The notes beneath the pieces are model-generated. The model saw only the letters and a program-made list of their open reading frames with translations, was not told the DNA's origin and did no database searches. A program made the position numbers and the translations under genes. A stretch of DNA of 64,000 nt from contig MU005969.1 of NCBI GenBank assembly GCA_010093745.1, positions 246,334-310,333 on the forward strand. The letters are read 5' to 3'. This DNA comes from Piedraia hortae CBS 480.64 (lineage: Eukaryota). Positions 35,681 through 46,194 of the stretch are shown piece after piece (the stretch's first letter is position 1; each line of letters begins with the position of its first letter).

Positions 35681-36088
35681 ATGCCAGGCATCATCAGACC
35701 CCGTCAGACGACCATTATCTACTCCCCAATAGCCACAACTGTGTCCACGCAGACGGCTCAGCAACCGCAGCAGCCCGTCTACCCGGCTCGCCATGTGTCT
35801 ACCGGAATCGGACTTTGGTGGATTGCCATTCCAATCATTCTCCTTACTCTGCTTGGATTGTTTCTATGTTGCTGTCTTTCAGCAATGAGCAGGCGTGGCA
35901 GGGGACGGCGTGGCCGAGGGAGAAGGGGCAGGAAGACTTACCATCAAAATGGATGGTACGGTCGCAGAAGACGTCCGTCATCATACACAACGACCACAAC
36001 TTCGACATCTCGAGCCAGCAGATCGCGATCCAGGGGCCACGTAGGAGCCCGAAGCCGGTCTCGGAGAAGCCATGTTGTCGTCGTCTAG
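35681..36088 (+). CDS. Putative 135-aa single-pass membrane protein with a CCC motif and an Arg/Ser-rich tail
   Basis: The ATG is in accATG context. One strong hydrophobic segment (IGLWWIAIPIILLTLLGLFL) is followed by CCC and a basic tail. The ORF fits exactly in the gap between the flanking genes. Confidence 0.6.
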   Translation: MPGIIRPRQTTIIYSPIATTVSTQTAQQPQQPVYPARHVSTGIGLWWIAIPIILLTLLGLFLCCCLSAMSRRGRGRRGRGRRGRKTYHQNGWYGRRRRPSSYTTTTTSTSRASRSRSRGHVGARSRSRRSHVVVV

Positions 36089-36209
36089 CCACACACAGGT
36101 CAACAAGGCCCGAATCATCATATCTACGTCTAAAAAAACTGGGAGATTTCCTTTGGTCCCTATATCTATCACCCTTATATCTACCACAAGAGATGTACTC
36201 TCACTTGGT

Positions 36210-37112
36210 CTACCACCCCCTCTTAGCCAGCTTGTCCCTATCCTGCATCGTTGTCACGCTGATGCCGACCATAGCCTCACCTAACCCCTTGGAAACCTCC
36301 ACCAACACCTTTGGATCCTTAAAATGCGTCGTGGCCTGCACAATAGCTTTAGCCCTCTTCTCGGCATCACCGGATTTGAAGATTCCTGATCCGACGAAAA
36401 CCCCATCACACCCCATCTGCATCATAAGCGCCGCATCCGCCGGCGTCGCAATGCCACCCGCCGCAAAATTCACGACTGGCAGCCTCCCCAATCTGGCCGT
36501 CTCCTTCAATAACTCAAGATCAACTTCCCAGTCCCTTGCAACGCGTCCCAACTCTTTCTCCCCCAATCCCTTCAGAGACATGATCTGCTCATTCACGGTT
36601 CGCATATGCTTGACCGCTTCACTTACATCTCCTGTTCCCGCCTCTCCTTTTGTCCTAATCATAGCCGCCCCCTCCTTGATCCTTCGCAGAGCCTCGCCTA
36701 GATCGCGACAACCACACACAAACGGCACCTTGAACTGCGTCTTCTCGACATGATACTTGTCATCCGCGGGGGTTAGGACCTCGGACTCGTCGATATAGTC
36801 CACGCCGAGCTCCTCGAGGATCTGACATTCGACCGTGTGGCCGATGCGCGCTTTCGCCATTACCGGGATGGTGACTGCTGCCTGGATCGAGGCTATCATG
36901 GAAGGGTCAGACATTCGTGCGACTCCGCCGTCAGCCCGGATGTCGGCCGGAACGCGCTCAAGTGCCATCACGGCGCACGCTCCCGCCCGCTCCGCGATCG
37001 CGGCTTGAGAGGGTGTCACAACGTCCATTATTACCCCGCCTTTGAGCATCTGTGCCAGGCCCGTTTTTAGACGGTCAGGTTGGGACCCATTGGGAGCGGT
37101 GGTGGTTGCCAT
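36210..37112 (-). CDS. PDX1: Pyridoxal 5'-phosphate synthase subunit Pdx1/Snz1
   Basis: [45 protein letters not shown] and [31 protein letters not shown]. Confidence 0.97.
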   Translation of the reverse strand: MATTTAPNGSQPDRLKTGLAQMLKGGVIMDVVTPSQAAIAERAGACAVMALERVPADIRADGGVARMSDPSMIASIQAAVTIPVMAKARIGHTVECQILEELGVDYIDESEVLTPADDKYHVEKTQFKVPFVCGCRDLGEALRRIKEGAAMIRTKGEAGTGDVSEAVKHMRTVNEQIMSLKGLGEKELGRVARDWEVDLELLKETARLGRLPVVNFAAGGIATPADAALMMQMGCDGVFVGSGIFKSGDAEKRAKAIVQATTHFKDPKVLVEVSKGLGEAMVGISVTTMQDRDKLAKRGW

Positions 37113-37415
37113 GCTGCTAAGAGTGTGTTCTGGCGGTGGCTCTTTAGTTTTTCTGAGGTGCGGGATTTTTTTTTTTTTTTTTTGGTGGAAGGAGCTACCC
37201 CCGCCGTGGGGCGGGGTATGATAGCTTCGGGGGTGGGGAGCTGCTTTTTCGAGCTTCCTTTTCCAATTGCATCGCGAACAGCTTTCGTGCCTAGGAGAGT
37301 AGGCCGTCAAATATATAGATGGTACCAGTAATAGCAACTGCCTATTCAACCCTCTATCCTCTATCCTTTGTACTGAAAAATATGCCGCTTAAACGCTCCA
37401 AACAAGAAATGCAGT

Positions 37416-40184
37416 TTAACACTCCCTCCCTTGCCCCGTCACAGGATAAATCAGTCCCCTCACTTCCTGTGGCCGAAGCGGCCAGGCTGCCTCTTTCCAT
37501 CGTTCCGTTTTAGTGCTAGCTTGATTCCATACAACCTTTGTCAGTTCCTTGCCAAGGAACTCCATCGTTGGCGTTACGATGGGAAGGAGTGCGAAGAGCG
37601 TGACATATGACACCAAGGCTGTGACTCCAGTTACAGCGGTGAAGCTCCATTTCAAGGTTGCCAAACGCAGGAAGACGGAACTGCCAACCGTCCAGAAAAC
37701 CCCGCCGTGAATGAGGTAGATTGTAAAGACGTGCGGGAAGAACCAGAGCAGCAGCCTTGAGCCAAGAACATATTGCGTCCACGTAGAGTTCTCTGCAAGG
37801 AACTGTGCCGCAATGGCGAAAGTAAGGCCGTTTAGCTTCGGCTCCGTGTAGTCTGGGTACCTTGCGCCCGAAGGCTTGGCGAATTGATAGTCGGGATGCA
37901 CGCCACGCTCGACAGAGGAGAAGTTGTAGCCCGTGTGAATAGATATCAGGTCATTAGCGAGCGAGAGAAACGTGACCACCAATGCGACTGTGATGAGTGG
38001 GTAGTGCAGCCACCAGCGCGACTGCGTGTACGATCGATAGTGGTACGTAATGTCAAGGTCTGCGAGCAGGAGGCCTGCCCAGAAGTAGGATGTCCATGAA
38101 AGTGCGTACCACCCATTTGCGATGCAGAACATGTAGTAGCTCATCCGCTTCCACGGTGTCCGTATCTCTCCAACCACAATGGCGCCAAGGAGAACTGTCC
38201 ACGTATTTTGCAACTGCACCGGTATGGTCCAAAGAACACCCGTGCAAAAGTGCTTGGTGACTTGTGGCGCACCGTTTGGGATGAGAAAGAGAAGTTGCAG
38301 TGTCTCGTTGAGGAACCAGCCGAAGTTGGGAAACACACTGACATTCGGCCACGGCGACCAGGTCAGAGAAGGGAGGTACTCAAGTGCGTTTGCAGCGCCC
38401 ACATCTAGTAGGAAATATTCAAATAGGATCACAACCGCGATTGGGATGATAAGCCTTGGGGCGCGACAGACGGTTTTCTCGGCAATGACTTGCAAGTCTG
38501 CACTGCGGAGGTAAGAGCTGGTTAGAAATCTTGTAGAGGTTGTGAAGAACAGGCCTACGAATATAGGGTTGAAGACAAATGGTTCGATGGTCTTTCGTGC
38601 AGCCATCTCGGATGAATAATGGTGAGGCAAATATTCCATAATAACCCCAGGGACAAAGGTGAGCATGAAGTGTTCGCAGGAGACTAGGAGGGAACAAATG
38701 GCCACCAGACCAGCGAGGTAGTCGATTCTCGTTCGTGCTACAGCCTCTGTTGCAGGTGGAGCTTTTGCGCCGGGATTCGCAGCCGCGATCGACCCTTCGG
38801 TCAACTTGGCTTCTGAACTGGAAGCCTCTGGCCCGCCGACGGATAGGTTCATCTCAACTTTGTCCGGCTGAGAAATTGAATCCACGCTGGAGCTCATTCC
38901 GTGGTGGACAGTCGATGTCATGGTCAGAGTGTTGCTCATGGTCGAGTTCCTATTGTCAAGCAGAGGCTGGTAGCTCGTTCCCGAACTGCGCTTGTCTCGA
39001 CCAACCGTCGATGCGGATGCGGCCGGATTGCTGACCGAAAGATCGTCCATTTCCAAGTTGCTGCGAGGACCAACAGGTGCTGGTTGACTCTCTGTGGATT
39101 TCCGACGCACTTTGTGTAAGAGCGTATACGCGATGAGTGCTGCTGCTATCGCCGACGTTGCAACCATAGCAATAATGGCCGGAAGTTTAGACCTATGGTC
39201 GACCGACTGTGGTGGCGTCCATGGCAATGTGGCCGAAGCAGTGTAGTCCGTCGACTGCCTTAGAGTCATGTCCGAAGTGAGACAGAACTGGCTTGCATTA
39301 CAGGAGTTCGAATTGATTTGTGAGAGACTGTGCCCAGAAGAATTGAAAAACAGTCTCACCCAGCCGATGGAAGCAGCGCTTGCATTTTGCGGTGGGCCTT
39401 GCATGAAGTTGGCATCACCATTGGACCAATGCTTGAGGTAAAAAGCTGAAGGCACATGGACCAGCGATGCATTAGTCGTCGGAACCTTGCGAGTAGTCAT
39501 GTTGCCAATGGCCCAAGTAATGCTCTCCCTATCCCACTGCATACTATACTCCCAAAAGTCCCATGGCGAAGAGTTGTACGGTCTCTCAAAGAGTTCCGTG
39601 TAGTTCTTTCCCCAAGCCGGGACAGGGGTTTGTCTCTTGGTAGAGGTCTGCATACAGGCATTGTTGGTGGAATCGTCCATGTTCAGCAGATCCAACTCGG
39701 CTGATGCGGATTCGTTGTATTCCAAGCGCATCGTCAAAGCACTTCCACCCGCATATGGCGCCGGGCTGCGCATGAAGACCTTGAAATGGTCATACTGAAT
39801 GTCTTGCCTCACGCTTCTAAGCTGGGCTCCAGTAACCACCTGCTGCGGTGTAACGCCAGAGACGTTGAGGTTCAGCCACTGCGGCTTCAGGTTCCAGACT
39901 TCACTCTCGTTAAAGTAGACGTTCTTCTGGGACGCAGCTTCTCGATGGTAAACCGTCCATCCCTTCTCGTACACGTGTTCAAACTCGTCTACGGTGAAAA
40001 CATCGGGGGGAACCCTCGATGTCTCGTTGAAGTAGACGAGGATTGAGTCTGTGAACACGGCCCGTGTCTCCGGATCGAAATAACCGCATCTACAGTCCTC
40101 CGTTTGTCCGTCTCCCATCCCACTTTGCGCGAGGACTTTGCAACCAAGAAGGGAAAGCAGTGCCCTGCGCCAGTAAAAGCCCAT
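37416..40184 (-). CDS. Fusion protein: signal peptide + GH16-like beta-jelly-roll domain + TM helix + acyltransferase-3 (AT3) multi-TM domain
   Basis: 922 aa. GH16-like hallmarks are DCRCGY, GAQLRSVRQDIQY, ELDLL, FWEYSMQW and LKHWSNGD..MQGPP...WVRLFFNSS. These are followed by a TM (LPAIIAMVATSAIAAALIAYTLL) and an AT3-like region (RIDYLAGLVAI...EHF, CRAPRLIIP, GVLWTIPVQ, FTIYLIHG). Confidence 0.75.
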   Translation of the reverse strand: MGFYWRRALLSLLGCKVLAQSGMGDGQTEDCRCGYFDPETRAVFTDSILVYFNETSRVPPDVFTVDEFEHVYEKGWTVYHREAASQKNVYFNESEVWNLKPQWLNLNVSGVTPQQVVTGAQLRSVRQDIQYDHFKVFMRSPAPYAGGSALTMRLEYNESASAELDLLNMDDSTNNACMQTSTKRQTPVPAWGKNYTELFERPYNSSPWDFWEYSMQWDRESITWAIGNMTTRKVPTTNASLVHVPSAFYLKHWSNGDANFMQGPPQNASAASIGWVRLFFNSSGHSLSQINSNSCNASQFCLTSDMTLRQSTDYTASATLPWTPPQSVDHRSKLPAIIAMVATSAIAAALIAYTLLHKVRRKSTESQPAPVGPRSNLEMDDLSVSNPAASASTVGRDKRSSGTSYQPLLDNRNSTMSNTLTMTSTVHHGMSSSVDSISQPDKVEMNLSVGGPEASSSEAKLTEGSIAAANPGAKAPPATEAVARTRIDYLAGLVAICSLLVSCEHFMLTFVPGVIMEYLPHHYSSEMAARKTIEPFVFNPIFVGLFFTTSTRFLTSSYLRSADLQVIAEKTVCRAPRLIIPIAVVILFEYFLLDVGAANALEYLPSLTWSPWPNVSVFPNFGWFLNETLQLLFLIPNGAPQVTKHFCTGVLWTIPVQLQNTWTVLLGAIVVGEIRTPWKRMSYYMFCIANGWYALSWTSYFWAGLLLADLDITYHYRSYTQSRWWLHYPLITVALVVTFLSLANDLISIHTGYNFSSVERGVHPDYQFAKPSGARYPDYTEPKLNGLTFAIAAQFLAENSTWTQYVLGSRLLLWFFPHVFTIYLIHGGVFWTVGSSVFLRLATLKWSFTAVTGVTALVSYVTLFALLPIVTPTMEFLGKELTKVVWNQASTKTERWKEAAWPLRPQEVRGLIYPVTGQGREC

Positions 40185-40498
40185 GTTGCCTTATGGAATG
40201 CTACGTAAGGAGACCCAAGCAACGCCTCTGGAATGCATTGCGTAATAGGAGAAACTGCGACACGTGCTGAACTTGGATCGCCATGGAAAGGCTGGATCTG
40301 AATTTATCGGGTCGACGCCACGAGAAGGGCAACCGTCAAGTTCCCCCGCATGTCTAAACCGCCACACCTATTGCCCCGCACTAATGCGAGGAGGTGCGTG
40401 ATTGACAGAACGAGCCTAATCTATGCACGACACGCGGCATTATGCATGACACGCCCTATTGATAGATGCAACTACTGCATCTAGTCTATGTCATAAGC

Positions 40499-41856
40499 CT
40501 AGCTGACCAAGGCAAGCTGCGCAAACACATCTGCCGCAGCCTGCAGCAGCATTAGCCATGGTAAGGCTATCAAAAACAACACTCCAGCCCAGAGTGGAAC
40601 GGCTTCGGATCGCACGCGGTACGTCATTACGGCTGTGCAGATCATGGAAACAAGTCTGTTACTGTAAGCCCGTATCCAACTCGACAGCAGATCCCAACTC
40701 ACCCTATCACAATGAACCATTTTGTGGCTGCAGCAGGCCAGTGAATCATGTGTGTGAAACTCGCTAACGAAGTTGGTGCATGCACAATCAGCATGCAGAG
40801 AGCCATGCAGAAGAATTGCAAGACTGCGTGCGCCGTAATCTGGAGAAGCATAAGCATGTAGAGGATTCCGATGCGTGATTTAATTGGCCGTCTTTTGGAG
40901 AATACCAATTTCGTATATCTCAGCGAGGCGAGAGTTGCTTGTTGAGCGTCGTAAATCATAGCAGATCCAAGGGAGCCCCATGACAAGGCGCAGCGGCTGA
41001 AAGATATTATACTCAAGTCCCAGATCGCGTTAATGTGCTCAGAAACAGGAGTCCAGCTTAGGTCCTTCCCGATAGCCGCTTTACGAAGTGCCTCCGTCTT
41101 CCAGTACGCATTCGTCCCGTAGGGTACCTTTACGTTCCAAGTCAGAGTTCTGCCAGGAAGCAAGAGGGCGTGCATCATGTCCTGCCGTAGTATAGATAGC
41201 AGACTGACGACCGACGTCCGCCCTGGTGACGTGAGCAAGCTTCTGCCCTGTATCATGTCCAGGTTCTCGTTTTGTAGCATTCTCTGACCTGCGAGACGTG
41301 GAGCATATGGATGCGGTAGCTGATCGCCTGCAAAAACAGCTGTTATTTGGCAATCTGACGCAGGCACATTCTGGTTTAAACAAAAGGCCACTCGTTCGGG
41401 CACTTCTTGCGCTGTACACGTCAAGTATGTTGTGCGTCCACCAGCGGTAAAGTCGCCGGACTGGCACAGAGATGTGATGAACAACCTGTCAAAGGGGTAA
41501 TCGATGCTCTTAGCAACGTTCTGAGCAAAGCTTGCATTATTTGTGTCAAATATCAGATGCATCGAGGGCAAACAATTGTCCTTTGCAGCCTCACGCGCTG
41601 ATTCGGCGACGTTATTCAATGATTTTCGAGCGTCGTTTATCAAAGTATTGCCATCGTAGGCTTCGAACGCCATGCACGCGGTAACCAGAGTGGATATTGT
41701 TAGGTAGACGAACCAGACCACTCTCAGCGCTTGTTGATTGCATATCGAGTAGAGTGTTATGGAAAAAACAAGATATAGTAGAAGCAAAATTGCTGGTACC
41801 CAGTGGTGTCTCCTCTCGCCTGAAGAGACCGTTGACGGCATTGCAGAAGTTGACAT
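40499..41856 (-). CDS. GT2-like multi-pass membrane protein with degenerate catalytic motifs (intron 40656-40702; ~436 aa)
   Basis: Two N-terminal TMs, then LPSMHLIF, SIDYP, ITAVFAGDQLPHPY, DMIQGR and GTNAYWKTEAL, which follow the order of processive GT2 motifs. Several C-terminal TMs follow, and a GTGAGT...CTTAC...CAG intron joins the last exon. Confidence 0.6.
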
Positions 41857-42032
41857 GCCGAACTTCAGGAATTAACGAGATGCGCCAGGGATCTCGAAAT
41901 TAGTAACATATTTGCGCTCTGATTACGCCACGATGGTTGTTGCAGGGAAGCGCTCTACGGTTCAGCTTGCATAAACGGCCTAACCGCTTTTGGCTTTCGT
42001 GATATCTCGCTGCCAAACTGTGGGCTCGGTAG

Positions 42033-43388
42033 ATGGGTACCGAGAAGCAGTTACCGCGATTGCTCGCTCCGATTGTTCCCTCAGCTGCCACGAAATTAAG
42101 TCCCCATGATGCGTCCCAAGATTACCTCCTCGGTGTGCGAGGATGCCTTGCCATCATGGGCTGGTTGTGGATGTTCTTGCAAACATTCGCACCTGCCGCC
42201 GTGGCACATTCATACAACACCACTGGTCCCGAACATCAGCTGGTCTTGCGCAAGTCTCTTTCAGTCTTATTCTGGAACGATTCGTTGATCTACTCGTCCA
42301 TCATCTTCTTGTCGGCCCGAACGATCAGTCTGCCTTTTCTGCTCAATTCGACCAGACTCAGGCTGGCAAGCTCCGTCCTTCGACGTGGAATCAGACTATG
42401 GATCCCAACCGCCATGGCCCTCATCATTTGTTACGCCATTTTTTCCAAAACTTTGGGGACGGAATATATGAACGCGTTTTCGGCCCAGACGCAGAACGAA
42501 TCCATGACAAAGGACCTTTATATGCTGCCAAACTCGCTCGCCAATTTTAACAGCATATTTGACATATTCTGGGTTCCACATGATTTTCGTATCAAGCCGG
42601 CAGCTGGGCTTTTCCAACACAGACGCTGTGGGTTGTCAGCGTCATCTTCCAGCAGTCTTACACCGTGTTCATGGCCGTGGCTATCATCCCGTATACGCGG
42701 AACAGCTGGCGTCTTAAAGGGGCACTCGTGTTCATCCTCGCTGCCTGGTGGGTTTACTCCTGGGCCTGGTTTTCCGTGACTGGGTTGCTATTTGCGGATC
42801 TGGTGGTTAATTACAACTTCAAAGCTATTGCGCAAATGCATCGGTTAGAAACGTACGCAGCAGGTGCCACATGTTTGATAGCGGGCTTCACAATGCAGTT
42901 TCTCTGGGTTGCTGCCTGGCCTGAACTGTACACGGCCGAGATCAAATACCACACGGGGGTGTACCAAACGGGTGGCTTATGGCTTTGGAACGATGCAACT
43001 GCGCCACTTTTGCGTGCAGATGACTACCTGGTCATTGTTGGGTTTAATCTGCTGCTAGAATCAACAGATGTGCTGCAACGTATCTTCAGAAGCCGGGCGC
43101 TCGTGTTCATCGGAAAGCGGTCTTTCAGTAAGTTTTTCCGGAGTCTGTGGCCGGTAAGCTTACAGCACAGGCTACTTCCTTTTGCAATCCATTATCGCCT
43201 ACGCGCTTGGCATCAAGCTTGTCATGAACATAATCGGCGGCTCGATGGATACATACGCAAAAGCAAGTGCTGTGGCGTTTATCGTCTGTTTACTGGTCAC
43301 GATTGGGGCAGGGGAGGTGTTTTACTGGGTAATCGATTGGCCTACGCAACGGTTTGCTTGTGTGGTATTTGACTGGATCCGGGAGTAG
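42033..43388 (+). CDS. Acyltransferase-3-like multi-pass membrane protein with a 1-nt frameshift at 42584-42587 (intron 43128-43170)
   Basis: DYLLGVRG, FLSARTI, LRRGIRLWIP, TLWVVSVIFQQSYTV, GLLFADL and FIGKRSFSYFLLQ. Adding one T to the run in gattttcg joins the two ORFs into ~437 aa. Confidence 0.7.
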
Positions 43389-43506
43389 AAGGTGCTTTTA
43401 AGAATTGGGAATCACGAGCACGAGTGTGATGATATGTAGTATGTCAGTTACCTTTTGTGCGCTTGGCGGGGCCACGCCCCCGCTGTCACGTCAAACCACC
43501 ATCACC

Positions 43507-45018
43507 ATGTTGGACATCAACGATTTCCTGGCTGAGCGCGGCGGCGACGTGGAAGCGATCAAAGATTCGCAGAAACGGCGCGGCGCTCCGGTGGAAGCCG
43601 TCGACGACGTCATCGCCTCGTTCCGCGACTGGATGAGTGACAACCACAATGCGACGACGCTGCTGAAGGAGAAGATCAACAAGGTACAGGTGGATCTCAA
43701 GGCAAATAAGAAGAACAAGGGATCCCCCGAGGATTTCCAGAAGCTTCTCACCCAGAAACAGGAGCTCGAAAAGGAGCAAAAAGAAGCAGCCGAACAGGCC
43801 AGGGCTAAGCTTCCCGTCTACCTGCGTAAGCTCAAGGCGATTGGAAACTATGTGCATCCGTCTGTTCCTGTTTCAAATGACGAGGCTAACAACGCACTCA
43901 TTCGCTCCTGGTCTCCCGAGGGTGTCACTCCCTCCAAGAAAGATTGTCTCTCTCACCACGAAGTTCTCACCCGCCTCGACGGCTATGATCCCGTTCGAGG
44001 CACCAAAATTGTCGGCCACCGCGGCTATTTTCTCACAGGAAATGGCGTATGGCTGAACCAAGCCTTGATCATGTACGGGCTGGATTTCTTAGCCTCCAAA
44101 GGCTACACCGCCGTGCAAACTCCATATTTTATGTTGCGCGAGGCCATGGCCAAAACCGCCCAACTGGAACAATTTGATGAAGAGCTGTACAAAGTCACCG
44201 AGCGCGAAAATGATCCTGTGTCTGATAAGTACCTAATCGCGACCTCGGAACAGCCAATCTCCGCCATGCACGAGGGCGAGTGGCTGCATAAAAAGGATCT
44301 GCCTCTGAAATACGCAGGCTATTCTACCAACTTCCGCAAAGAAGCCGGCTCGCACGGTAAAGATGCCTGGGGCATCTTTCGGGTGCACCAGTTTGAGAAG
44401 ATCGAACAGTTCCGCTTCTGCGCACCAGACGAAAGCTGGAAACACTTCGACGAAATGATTGCGACGTCTGAGGAGTTTTATCAGTCTCTCGGACTGCCTT
44501 ACAGGGTGGTGGCTATAGTCTCTGGTGCCCTGAACAACGCTGCGGCGAAGAAATTCGATCTCGAGGCCTGGTTCCCGTTTCAGGGCGAATACAAGGAGCT
44601 AGTGTCCTGTTCCAACTGCACCGACTACCAAACACGGGAGCTCGAAGTACGGTATGGCCAGAAAGAGGGCGGTAAACCGACCGCCACGGGCGAGGACGGC
44701 CAGCAGCAGAAGACCAATCGAAAGGAATATGTCCATGCGCTGAACTCAACGCTGTGTGCGACCGAAAGGGCGCTGTGCTGCATCATGGAGAATTATCAGA
44801 CGGAAAACGGACTCAAGGTCCCAGAGGTGCTGAGGAAGTGGATCCCGGGTCAACCAGATATCTTGAAGTATAAGAAGGAGTTACCAAAGGACTCGACCTC
44901 ATTGAAAGCAAAAGGAAAGGTAGATGGTGCAAAAGGGCCAAAGCTGCCGAAAGAGGGTGACATGGTAGAGAGACCTAAACATCCAAAGGGGGTCTTAGGT
45001 AATGCCTCTTGGGCCTAG
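43507..45018 (+). CDS. SES1: Cytoplasmic seryl-tRNA synthetase
   Basis: MLDINDF, IGNYVHPSVPVSNDE, YLIATSEQPI, FRKEAGSHGKDAWGIFRVHQFEKIEQF, ELVSCSNCTDYQ and HALNSTLCATERALC. Confidence 0.97.
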   Translation: MLDINDFLAERGGDVEAIKDSQKRRGAPVEAVDDVIASFRDWMSDNHNATTLLKEKINKVQVDLKANKKNKGSPEDFQKLLTQKQELEKEQKEAAEQARAKLPVYLRKLKAIGNYVHPSVPVSNDEANNALIRSWSPEGVTPSKKDCLSHHEVLTRLDGYDPVRGTKIVGHRGYFLTGNGVWLNQALIMYGLDFLASKGYTAVQTPYFMLREAMAKTAQLEQFDEELYKVTERENDPVSDKYLIATSEQPISAMHEGEWLHKKDLPLKYAGYSTNFRKEAGSHGKDAWGIFRVHQFEKIEQFRFCAPDESWKHFDEMIATSEEFYQSLGLPYRVVAIVSGALNNAAAKKFDLEAWFPFQGEYKELVSCSNCTDYQTRELEVRYGQKEGGKPTATGEDGQQQKTNRKEYVHALNSTLCATERALCCIMENYQTENGLKVPEVLRKWIPGQPDILKYKKELPKDSTSLKAKGKVDGAKGPKLPKEGDMVERPKHPKGVLGNASWA

Positions 45019-46194
45019 AAAGCCACAGTTCTGTTAAAATTTGCACTCTCCAATTTTCGATCCTTGAAGGTTTTGTGGTCACCATTCTAAACTACCCAGG
45101 AGTCAGTAACAGCGAGGTCGTTGATGGCCATCAACACATAATCCCTTGATCACTTCCCCAATGATGTCAAGGTGCAGCTGCCATGGGCTTAGTGGCCATT
45201 GGGACTGACTAGCTATGGTGAGTAAGAACTCATTGTACGACTCCGTTGATTTTGGTGCTTTGCGGACAGACGGATCTGTCTGTCCAGCGTGACGCATTTT
45301 CATCTGTGTAAAGGTACAGAAAAAATAGTTGCTTTAGTCGTCTGGAGCGACGTCCGCGATGCTACTTTGCCCGATGATTGCTGCTATGTTAGGGAAAGAG
45401 AGGACATCTTGTTGAAGCCAACATCGCCACGCATACTGACCTTCGGAATCACTACGCCTTTCTCAAATGGAAACATCGGCCAGTACGAGATACTGTGGAT
45501 GTCTGTTCGAGATTTTCACAGGTATCACTAATTTCTCCTTAAAAGATTTTGGTAATCCTGGGAGAGTTTTTAGCGTGTGGGCATGGTGTACTGCTGCCAA
45601 ACCAATACAAGGGGCCATAAATGATTGCTAGCACAGTGGCAATTTGACAATGCCATCAACCGATATGCTATGGCTTGACAATTGGAATGCGGATTTTCAG
45701 AGTTTGCCAGCCAGCAGCATCATTGATGCTCTCTGGCACAAGTGGCAGTCGAACCTGATTTAAGCGGGTCGATCAGGCGCAACCATGCTATCCGCTATAC
45801 CAAAGATCTACTGTACTCGGATACCTAGAGGTGAGTGGAGAGCAAATTGGGCGTGTTGAAAATACACCATAAAGTAGCATCCGCTGCAGCCAGTGTATGC
45901 CATCCAGGTTCAACTGTACATGATGGCCGGCGGATCACCATGCGCGAATTTCTGAGGATATGGTATACATGATAGTTATTTGACAGATGAAAGCCTCAGT
46001 TGGGCTTAGGCGAGGGAAATAGGTACCTTATGGTGTGATAAAGGACAAATGAGTTGTTATCCTAACTCAGCTCTAAAGTATCGTAAATTAGCAGTCCAAT
46101 GAAACACGTGATATCAAAACGAAAGCCAAAAAGTGTTTCGATGTGCACGTGTTCCGGATTCGAAGTAGTTCCGCTCCAGGGGTAGCAAAAAAAA

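Noticed and set aside
35551..36753. 400-aa + strand ORF
   Set aside because: It overlaps the small TM gene in another frame and PDX1 antisense, and it has no recognisable domain.
37113..37349. N-terminal extension of the PDX1 ORF, including a poly-Lys stretch
   Set aside because: It derives from an 18-nt T-run (37166-37183) and promoter sequence. Homology to Pdx1 begins near ATG 37112.
36210..37416. Absence of an adjacent PDX2/SNO glutaminase gene next to PDX1
   Set aside because: Linkage of the two genes is not universal in fungi, and PDX2 may simply lie elsewhere.
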